From Gemmatimonadales bacterium (GTDB taxonomy: Bacteria; Gemmatimonadota; Gemmatimonadetes; Gemmatimonadales; GWC2-71-9), in the NCBI GenBank assembly GCA_035699205.1, contig DASSBA010000222.1:33988-97987 (forward strand): DNA of 64,000 nucleotides, written 5' to 3'. Under the pieces are notes generated by a model. It saw only the letters and a program-made list of their open reading frames with translations. It did not search any database and had not been told where the DNA came from. Numbering within the stretch: position 1 is the stretch's first letter; the number at the start of each line of letters is the position of its first letter. The position numbers and the translations under genes were made by a program. This document shows, one piece after another, positions 9,130 to 16,134 of this stretch.

Positions 9130-10731
9130 ATGCTGCCTCCCCCGCCGATCCGGGGCCTCTTCCGAACCGACCATCGCGCGCGCGCCGCCTATGCCGAAGG
9201 CGCCGGGATCTTCCGGATCCTGCCGTCGGCGGTGGGCGTCCCCCGCGACCGCGAGGACGTCGCGTCGCTGGTCCACTGGGCGTCGGCACACCGCGTAGCG
9301 CTGGTGCCGCGCGGCGCCGGCAGCGCCATGGGCGGCGGCAACGTGGGCGACGGAGTGGTGGTGGATCTCACGACGCTCCCACGCCGCTTGGAGGTAGACG
9401 GCGGGGCACGGCGCGCGCGCGCGAGTGCGAGCGTCACCCTCGCCGAGCTGAACATCGGGGCCGATCGCGCGGGGCTACGCCTGCCGCCCGACCCCTCGAG
9501 CGGCCGGTGGGCCACACTCGGGGGGATGCTCTCGACCAACGCGGCCGGCGCGCGCAGCGTGCGCTACGGCAGCGTTCGGCGCTGGGTGGAGGCGGTCGAG
9601 CTGGTCACGGCCGACGGCCAGGTAACCGAGCTCCGCCGCGGCCGCGCCGCCGAGCCCCGCGCGCTCGCCGTCGACCGGTTCGAGGCGGAGGCCGCACCCG
9701 CGATCCGCGCGGCCGCCGAGCTCGTGCGCGCGCGGTTCCCCCACACCCGCAAGAACGCATCGGGCTACGCGCTCGACGCCTGGCTCGAGTCGGGCGACCT
9801 GGTAGACCTCGTGATCGGCGCCGAAGGAACGCTGGGCCTCGCCACCGCGGCGGAGTGGCGGCTCGATCCGCTGCCCGCGGCCCGCGCCGGACTCCGCATT
9901 GCGCTGCGCACGCTGGATGCCCTGGGCGACGCCGTGACCGCGCTGCTCGAGCACGAGCCGTCGGCCGTGGAGCTGCTGGACCGCACTTTCCTCGAGCTGG
10001 TCGGCGAACGGGGCGCCGAGGCGGTGCTGCTGGTCGAGGTGGAGCGTGGCGACGCGGCCGCCGCCCGCGCAGCGGTCCAGCACGCCGCGCGGGCGGTGGC
10101 GCCCTGGGCCCTGAGCACGGACACGGGGCTCACGCCCGCGGCGGCCGAGCGGCTCTGGGCGCTGCGCCACGCGGCGAGCCCGATCCTGGCGGGACTGCCC
10201 GAGACGCGCCGCTCGCTGCAGGTCATCGAGGACGGCTGTGTGCCGGTGCCGCGGATGGGCGAGTACATCCGGGCAATCCGAGAGGCGGCGGCGGCGCGGG
10301 GACTCGCGGTGGTGATCTTCGGCCACGCGGGCGACGGCCACATCCACGTCAACCTGCTCCCCGAAGTGGGCCGCGCCGGCTGGGAGGACGCGGTGACCGG
10401 CTTGCTCGACGCCGTCACCGACACCCTGGTCCGGCTGGGCGGCACGCCGTCCGGCGAGCATGGCGACGGCCGGCTCCGCGCCGGCCTCCTCTCGCGGATC
10501 TATGGGCCGGAGGTGGTGGGACTCTTCGAGCGGGTCAAGCGCGCCTTCGATCCGCTGGGCATCCTCAACCCCGGCGTTATTCTTCCCTCCGGCGAGCCGC
10601 CGGTGAGCCGGCTCAAGCTCGGCGCCGCCGCCCTCGCGCTCCCCGACGACATCGCGCGCGAGCTCCGGCGCATCGAGCAGCGCGGTGGCTACGCACAGAG
10701 CCGGCTGGAGCTGGCGGACGGACAGTCGTAG
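9130..10731 (+). CDS. FAD-binding oxidoreductase (GlcD / D-lactate dehydrogenase-like)
   Basis: ATG 9130. FAD_binding_4-type VPRGAGSAMGGG motif. C-terminal GEHGDG and FDPLGILNPG. Confidence 0.85.
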   Translation: MLPPPPIRGLFRTDHRARAAYAEGAGIFRILPSAVGVPRDREDVASLVHWASAHRVALVPRGAGSAMGGGNVGDGVVVDLTTLPRRLEVDGGARRARASASVTLAELNIGADRAGLRLPPDPSSGRWATLGGMLSTNAAGARSVRYGSVRRWVEAVELVTADGQVTELRRGRAAEPRALAVDRFEAEAAPAIRAAAELVRARFPHTRKNASGYALDAWLESGDLVDLVIGAEGTLGLATAAEWRLDPLPAARAGLRIALRTLDALGDAVTALLEHEPSAVELLDRTFLELVGERGAEAVLLVEVERGDAAAARAAVQHAARAVAPWALSTDTGLTPAAAERLWALRHAASPILAGLPETRRSLQVIEDGCVPVPRMGEYIRAIREAAAARGLAVVIFGHAGDGHIHVNLLPEVGRAGWEDAVTGLLDAVTDTLVRLGGTPSGEHGDGRLRAGLLSRIYGPEVVGLFERVKRAFDPLGILNPGVILPSGEPPVSRLKLGAAALALPDDIARELRRIEQRGGYAQSRLELADGQS

Positions 10732-10773
10732 GTCGAAGGTCGACCTGCGACCCACGACCCACGACCCACGACC
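10725..10773. repeat. inverted arrays of tandem heptamers (imperfect hairpin)
   Basis: Left arm gtcgtag/gtcgaag/gtcgacc. Right arm gacccac x3 (10749-10769) plus gacc. The arms are imperfect reverse complements. The element fills the gap between the oxidase stop (10729-10731) and the thyX ATG (10782). Confidence 0.7.
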
Positions 10774-10781
10774 AGACACCC

Positions 10782-11534
10782 ATGGACATCCTCCGCGAGC
10801 CCCGCGTCACCCTCATCGCCCGCCCCCAGTTCCTCGAGCCGGGTCACCTGCCGGTCCAGTGGAAGGGCGAGGCGAGCGACGGCGAACGGATCGCCGAGTT
10901 CGCCGGCCGGCTCTGCTACATGAGCCAGGGCAACCCGGCCGGCCGGACGACGGGCGAGTACCTGCGGAACATCCTCAAGCAGGGCCACGGCTCGGTGTTC
11001 GAGCACGCGACCTACGTGATGTTGATCGAGGGGATTTCGCGGAGCTGCAGCCATGAGCTGGTGCGCCACCGGGCGGGCTGGGGCTACTCGCAGCTCTCCC
11101 AGCGCTACGTGGACGAGTCCCACGCGGCCTTCGTGATGCCGCCCGCCATCCTCGGGGATTCCGAGCTCGAGGCCGAGTGGACGCGGCAGGTCGAGGCGGC
11201 CCAGTCGGCCTACGTGGCCGCGGTGGAGCACCTGATGGCGCGCTACCAGTGGGTGGAGAACAAGGTGCACCGCCGGAAAATGGCGCGCGAAGCGGCGCGA
11301 AGCGTCCTGCCCAACGCCACCGAGGTGAAGATCGTGGCCAGCGCCAACGTCCGCGCCTGGCGCACCATGCTCGAGCTTCGTCTCGGCGAAGGCGCCGAGC
11401 TGGAGATTCGCCGGATGGCCGTCGCCTGCCTCCGCGTGCTCCAGCGCGAGGCGCCGTCGCTGTTCGATGACTTCGAGATCTTCCGCTCCGCCGACGGGAG
11501 CGAGGCGGGTCGGGTGGGGTTTCACAAGGTCTAG
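10782..11534 (+). CDS. thyX: FAD-dependent thymidylate synthase
   Basis: ATG 10782. ThyX motif RHRAGWGYSQLSQRY (RHR-x8-SxR) and overall ThyX-like sequence. Confidence 0.9.
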   Translation: MDILREPRVTLIARPQFLEPGHLPVQWKGEASDGERIAEFAGRLCYMSQGNPAGRTTGEYLRNILKQGHGSVFEHATYVMLIEGISRSCSHELVRHRAGWGYSQLSQRYVDESHAAFVMPPAILGDSELEAEWTRQVEAAQSAYVAAVEHLMARYQWVENKVHRRKMAREAARSVLPNATEVKIVASANVRAWRTMLELRLGEGAELEIRRMAVACLRVLQREAPSLFDDFEIFRSADGSEAGRVGFHKV

Positions 11535-11538
11535 TCGG

Positions 11539-11570
11539 AGTCGTGAATCATGGCCGGACTCACGACTTTC
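11539..11570 (+). terminator. hairpin just downstream of thyX
   Basis: 8-bp stem agtcgtga / tcacgact (11539-11546, 11560-11567) with a 13-nt loop, followed by ttctcc. The U-tract is weak. Confidence 0.35.
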
Positions 11571-11640
11571 TCCCCAAAAACTATTGTGCTCCCGAAACCT
11601 TTTCCTTACTTTAGTTTCGTCGAAGCACCTAACTCGTCGC

Positions 11641-11668
11641 GGCTCGTCTCTCGTGGACGGCCTTTTTT
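11641..11668 (+). promoter_or_regulatory. terminator-like hairpin plus T6 inside the leader of the ATP-grasp operon (candidate attenuator)
   Basis: ggctcgtc (11641-11648) pairs with gacggcc (11656-11662): 7 bp with one bulge and a 7-nt loop, then tttttt (11663-11668). GAGGGG and the TTG start at 11683 follow within 15 nt. Confidence 0.45.
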
Positions 11669-11682
11669 GTAGAGGGGCGCTC

Positions 11683-12789
11683 TTGGCAGTTCGGATCGGA
11701 CTCGCCTTCAATCTCAAGCCCGACGCACCGGCAAACACAGCGGCCGGGGCCACGACCGACCCCTCATCTCCGGACGAGCCCGACAGTCGGGCACTCCGCG
11801 ACGACCTTCCCCAACCCGATCTCTACGCCGAGTGGGACGAGCCCGCCACCATCGATGCGGTGGAGCGCGCGCTGAGCACCGTCGGCCGGGTCTACCGCCT
11901 CGAGGCCAACGCCAGCTTCGCCGCCAGGCTCGCGCTGGTCCGGCCGGACTTCGTCTTCAACATTGCCGAAGGGCTCTACGGGCCGAACCGCGAGGGGCAC
12001 GTCCCCGCCATCTGCGAGTTCCTCGGCATCCCCTGTCACGCCTCCGACCCGCTCACCCTCGGGCTCGCGCTCGACAAGCGGCGCGCCAAGGAAGTGATGT
12101 CGTACCACGGCGTGCCCACGGCGCCATTCGTCCTCGCCCGGAGCCCCGACGACGCCCGGAAGGTGCGGCTTCCCTTTCCGCTCTTCGTCAAGCCGGCGTT
12201 CGAGGGCTCGGGCAAGGGCGTCAGCGTGCGGAGCGTCTGCAAGACCCGGAGTCAGCTCGTAAAGCAGGTCTCGAAGCTGCTCGCGACGTATGCCGAGCCG
12301 GTGCTCATCGAGACCTATCTGCCGGGACCCGAGTTTACCGTCGCGGTGCTCGGCAACGGGAGCGAGGCGCGCTGCCTGCCCATCGTCGGCATGGACTTTG
12401 AAACGCTGCCGCGGGGTGCGCCGCCGATCTACGGCTACGAAGCGAAGTGGCTGTGGGATTCGCCGAGCCATCCACTGGAGATCTTCGACTGCCCGGCCAG
12501 GATTCCCGAGGCACTGGCCGAGGATGTTCGCGCCGCCGCGCTGGCGGCGTATCACGCGCTGGACTGCCGCGACTGGTGCCGCATCGATATCCGTTGCGAC
12601 GCCGCCAATCGCCCCATGGTCGTCGAATTGAACCCGCTTCCGGGCATTTTGCCCGACCCGCGGGACAATTCCTGCTTCCCGAAGGCCGCACGGGCCGCCG
12701 GGATGAGCTACGACGAGCTGATCCGTACCGTCGCCGACATCGCCTGGCGTCGGATCAGCGGCCGTTCACTTCTGGCGGAGGTGGCGTGA
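11683..12789 (+). CDS. D-alanine--D-alanine ligase-family ATP-grasp enzyme (paralogue 1)
   Basis: TTG 11683 preceded by GAGGGG. The N-terminus RIGLAFNLK aligns with KVAILYDAG of the next gene. Contains PLFVKPAFEGSGKGV, EPVLIETYLPGPEF, MVVELNPLPG. A low-complexity insert follows the first strand. Confidence 0.8.
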   Translation: MAVRIGLAFNLKPDAPANTAAGATTDPSSPDEPDSRALRDDLPQPDLYAEWDEPATIDAVERALSTVGRVYRLEANASFAARLALVRPDFVFNIAEGLYGPNREGHVPAICEFLGIPCHASDPLTLGLALDKRRAKEVMSYHGVPTAPFVLARSPDDARKVRLPFPLFVKPAFEGSGKGVSVRSVCKTRSQLVKQVSKLLATYAEPVLIETYLPGPEFTVAVLGNGSEARCLPIVGMDFETLPRGAPPIYGYEAKWLWDSPSHPLEIFDCPARIPEALAEDVRAAALAAYHALDCRDWCRIDIRCDAANRPMVVELNPLPGILPDPRDNSCFPKAARAAGMSYDELIRTVADIAWRRISGRSLLAEVA

Positions 12790-13799
12790 TGAAAGTGGCG
12801 ATCCTGTACGATGCCGGCAGCGACGAGTGGAGCCCGCAGGACGTCGCGGCGGTCGTGGGCAACGTCCACGAGGTCCGCGACGTCCTCCGGCGGCGGGGGC
12901 ACGAGGTCGAGCTGCTCCCGGTCCGCCTGGGCGACTTCCGCTGGCTCGGCCGCGTTCGCCGGGTCGACCTCGTCTTCAATCTCTGCGAGGGGATCAACGG
13001 CCACGCCCGGTACGAGGACCTGGTCGTCGGGACGCTCGAGCTTGCCGGCGTGGCCTTCACCGGCTGCCGCACCTGGCCCACCACCATCTGCCACCGGAAG
13101 CACGTCGCCAACACGCTGCTCTCGGCGGCCGGGCTGCCGGTTCCCGCGTTCATGCTGGCGCAGGCCAACAAGACGCCGGCCGAATTTCCGCTCCCGGCCA
13201 TCGTGAAGCCGTCGGCCGAGGACGCCAGCGTCGGCATCGACAACGGCGCGGTCTGCACCTCGAAGCGGGCGCTCAAGAAGCGGGTCGCCCTCATGCTCGA
13301 GCAGTTCGAGGAGGTGCTGGTCCAGGAGTACGTGGCCGGCCGCGAGTTCAATGTCGGCTTCGTCGGCAAGCGCATGCTGCCGATCGCCGAGATCCGCTTC
13401 GACGGGATGCCCGACGGCACCTGGCCGATCGTGAGCTATGCCGCCAAGTGGATTCCCGGAAGCCCCGAGGACGAGGGTACCGTCCCCATCTGCCCCGCCG
13501 ACGTGCCGGACGAGCTGGCCAGGCGCATCGGAGAGGTGGCCCGGCAGGCCTGGCTTCACATGGCGGGCGGCGAGGGCTACGGCCGAGTGGATCTCCGGGT
13601 CAACGAGGACGGCCAGCCCTACGTGCTCGAGGTCAACCCCTGCCCCGATCTTTCGAGCAACGCCGGCCTGGCCCGGATGGGCCGCTCGTTCGGCTGGAGC
13701 TACGACGATCTCGTCATGCACATCGTGGACGAGGCGCTGATGCGCTCCCAGACCCACACCGCCGCCGCGGCCCTGGTCAGCGGGGTGTCGGCCGCGTGA
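12789..13799 (+). CDS. D-alanine--D-alanine ligase-family ATP-grasp enzyme (paralogue 2)
   Basis: ATG 12789 overlaps the upstream TGA. Contains AIVKPSAEDASVGI, EEVLVQEYVAGREF, YVLEVNPCPD. Confidence 0.85.
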   Translation: MKVAILYDAGSDEWSPQDVAAVVGNVHEVRDVLRRRGHEVELLPVRLGDFRWLGRVRRVDLVFNLCEGINGHARYEDLVVGTLELAGVAFTGCRTWPTTICHRKHVANTLLSAAGLPVPAFMLAQANKTPAEFPLPAIVKPSAEDASVGIDNGAVCTSKRALKKRVALMLEQFEEVLVQEYVAGREFNVGFVGKRMLPIAEIRFDGMPDGTWPIVSYAAKWIPGSPEDEGTVPICPADVPDELARRIGEVARQAWLHMAGGEGYGRVDLRVNEDGQPYVLEVNPCPDLSSNAGLARMGRSFGWSYDDLVMHIVDEALMRSQTHTAAAALVSGVSAA

Positions 13800-14320
13800 G
13801 CGGCACGCTCACCCTGGCATCGCTCCGGAACCTCACCGCGGCCGACCGCGGCCGCATCGAGGAGATCAGCCGTGCGGTCGGTCTCTTCCGCCCGGACGAA
13901 ATCGCGGTCGCCCTCGAGGTCCTCGAGGGAGCCGTGGCGGGCTCGCCCGACTACATCGCTCTCGGCGCGGAGCACGAGGGTCGCCTGGCGGGTTGGATCT
14001 GCTGGGGCCCCACTCCGTGCACCCTCGGTACCTTCGACCTCTACTGGATGGCGGTGGACCCGGCGCTCCACGGCACCGGGATCGGCACCGCCCTCCTCCA
14101 TGCGATGGAACGGCGGCTGGCCGGCGTCGCCCGACTCATCGTCGTGGAGACCGCAGGCCGTCCGGACTACGCGCCCACCCGCGCATTCTACGAGCGGCGG
14201 GGGTACCGGGTCGCGTCCAGAATTCCCGAGTTCTACGCCCCGGGCGATGATCAGGTCGTTTACGTGAAGTCCCTCGGCGGCGAGGCCCGGGTCCCGAAGC
14301 CGCTCCGTGAGTCACCCTGA
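13796..14320 (+). CDS. GNAT family N-acetyltransferase
   Basis: GTG 13796 in a GTGA overlap. The acetyl-CoA loop-like LHGTGIGTALL and FYERRGY are typical of GNAT. Confidence 0.8.
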   Translation: MSGTLTLASLRNLTAADRGRIEEISRAVGLFRPDEIAVALEVLEGAVAGSPDYIALGAEHEGRLAGWICWGPTPCTLGTFDLYWMAVDPALHGTGIGTALLHAMERRLAGVARLIVVETAGRPDYAPTRAFYERRGYRVASRIPEFYAPGDDQVVYVKSLGGEARVPKPLRESP

Positions 14321-14367
14321 GCGAAGCGTGGGGACATGCGATCGGGCATGGCTCCTACGCTTCCCGC
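14311..14367. repeat. degenerate REP-like palindromic element
   Basis: gtcaccctgagcgaagcgtgggga (14311-14334) faces tcctacgcttcccgc (14353-14367) around an inner palindrome catgc...gcatg (14335-14350). It resembles the GTCATCCCGAGCGGAGCGAGGGATC unit at 37889. Confidence 0.55.
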
Positions 14368-14418
14368 TGGACGGCTCTACAATGGAATCGTGCTCTAGGC
14401 AGGAGGACGGGTAGCGTC

Positions 14419-15543
14419 ATGGAAACCTGGCAAGAGGTTCTCAAGAACAACTCGATCAAGTCCCTCGACGCGCTCGCGGCCAAGTTCGGCCCCGAGCACT
14501 TTCCCGACCTCGACCGCCTGCGGCAGGCGGCCGAGAACTTCGAGTTCCGGATCTCGCCCGCCATGGTGGACCTGATCAGGTCGCCCGACGACCCGATCTG
14601 GCGGCAGTATATCCCTACGGTGGACGAGCTGGACATCGTGGACGGGATCGTGGACTCGCTCAACGAGGACGCCGACAGCCCGGTCCCCAACATCACCCAC
14701 CGCTATCCCGACCGGGCGCTTTTCCTGGTGAGCCCGGTCTGCGCCAGCTACTGCCGCTTCTGCACCCGGCGGCGCAAGGTGGGCGACCCGGAAAAGATCC
14801 CGATGTCGCAGTTCGAGAGTGCGTTCCAGTATCTCGAGCAGCACACCGAGATCCGGGACGTCATCATGTCGGGAGGCGACCCACTGCTGCTCAACGACCG
14901 GCGGCTCGAGGCCATCCTCACCCGGCTCCGGGCCATCCCGCACCTCGAGATCATCCGGGTCGGAAGCCGGGTGCCGTGCCACCTTCCCGAGCGGATCACG
15001 CCCGAGCTGTGCGCCACCCTCAAGCGGTTCCACCCGCTCTGGATCAACACCCACTTCAACCACCCCGACGAGCTCACCCCGGCCGCGGTGAAGGGCCTGG
15101 GCATGCTGGCCGACGCGGGCATCCCGCTGGGCTGCCAGACGGTGCTGCTCAAGGGCGTGAACGACGATCCCGAGGTCATGAAGCGGCTGATGCAGCGGCT
15201 GCTCGTGGCGCGGGTGCGGCCTTACTACATCTACATGGCCGACCAGGTGGCCGGTGCCGAGCACTTCCGGACCAGCGTTCAGACCGGCATCAAGATCATG
15301 GAGGCGCTCCGGGGCTGGACCAGCGGCCTGGCCAACCCACACTTCGTCATCGACGCGCCGGGCGGCGGCGGGAAGATCCCGCTCCTGCCGGAGTACGTCG
15401 TGAGCATGAGCGACGAGGAGGTCGTGCTCCGCAACTTCCGCGGCCAGCAGTACGTGTACCGCCAGCCGCGGGAGGAGCCCGGCGTGATCACTCTCAAGCA
15501 GGAACGCAAGCGCGCCGCCCGGCGGGGGCGCCGGAGCGCGTGA
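14419..15543 (+). CDS. kamA: KamA-family radical SAM aminomutase, lysine 2,3-aminomutase type
   Basis: 374 aa. CASYCRFC (CxxxCxxC), SGGDPLLL, HFNHP, VIDAPGGGGKIP (PLP lysine). Full-length resemblance to clostridial LAM. Confidence 0.9.
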   Translation: METWQEVLKNNSIKSLDALAAKFGPEHFPDLDRLRQAAENFEFRISPAMVDLIRSPDDPIWRQYIPTVDELDIVDGIVDSLNEDADSPVPNITHRYPDRALFLVSPVCASYCRFCTRRRKVGDPEKIPMSQFESAFQYLEQHTEIRDVIMSGGDPLLLNDRRLEAILTRLRAIPHLEIIRVGSRVPCHLPERITPELCATLKRFHPLWINTHFNHPDELTPAAVKGLGMLADAGIPLGCQTVLLKGVNDDPEVMKRLMQRLLVARVRPYYIYMADQVAGAEHFRTSVQTGIKIMEALRGWTSGLANPHFVIDAPGGGGKIPLLPEYVVSMSDEEVVLRNFRGQQYVYRQPREEPGVITLKQERKRAARRGRRSA

Positions 15544-15555
15544 GAGCCATTCGGG

Positions 15556-16069
15556 TTACGCGCCGGCGGCCGCCACCTTGACGGGCGCCAGGCGGTTCCT
15601 CGTAGTGCCGTCGCCGAGTTGTCCGTGGGTGTTGAGCCCCCAGCAATAGCCCACAGTGGGGTTTGCTTCCGTCCGTCCGCAGGTATGGTCCCTCCCAGCC
15701 GTAATGCGGCGATCTGCAGATCGCCAGCGATCGGCACCGGGATCAGGCTCCCCGCAGCCCCCGCGCTTCGGGGGCACAGGTGTGCTCGCCCGGGGCCGGG
15801 AACAAGTAGATGCGTGAGCCGCTCACCGGGGTCGGCAGGTACCGGTCGGCCAGGGTGCCGTCCCCGAGCTGCCCGACCTGATTCGCGCCCCAGCAGTAGG
15901 CCGCCATTCCGGTCTCGCTGTGACCGCAGCTGACGTCTCCCCCCGCGCGAGTGACCGTGACGGCTACCCCCGGACGCGGTCCGGTCCCGCCCCCGTCGCC
16001 GCACACGGCCTGGGCTACCACCGCCGCGCTGATCGCGACGGGCACTACGCACCGGCGAACGCTTCGCAT
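15556..16069 (-). pseudogene. RCC1-repeat lipoprotein gene disrupted by frameshifts
   Basis: Two overlapping track ORFs (15743-16069 and 15556-15777) in different frames both carry YCWGxNxxGQLGDGT RCC1-like motifs. The span of 514 nt is not a multiple of 3. Good SD (GGAGG) and a lipobox (AQAVC) sit at the 5' end. Confidence 0.45.
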
Positions 16070-16134
16070 GCCGCCTCCTCTGGAGAGTGGATGGGAGACG
16101 GCATGAGGAGTACCCGATCCGAATCAAGCCACGG

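Noticed and set aside
9123-10781. Long N-terminal extensions given by the track to real genes. Examples are the thyX ORF starting at 9123 and the ORFs starting at 3924, 5571, 12447, 12827, 31624 and 45659. The upstream parts of 51395-53947, 56034-57797 and 49475-51301 are further cases.
   Set aside because: The extensions overlap the preceding gene in another frame and are low complexity. The conserved domain begins at an internal ATG, GTG or TTG that forms an ATGA/GTGA-type junction or follows an SD. I trimmed the genes to those starts.
11535-11682. The leader of the beta-lysine cluster considered as a lysine (L-box) riboswitch.
   Set aside because: The region is too short for the ~180-nt five-helix L-box, and I could not find the conserved L-box core sequences. 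It is reported only as a generic attenuator candidate.
15556-16069. Treating 15743-16069 and 15556-15777 as two independent small genes.
   Set aside because: They overlap in different frames. Both carry the same RCC1 blade motif. Only the upstream one has an SD and signal peptide. A single disrupted gene explains the data better.
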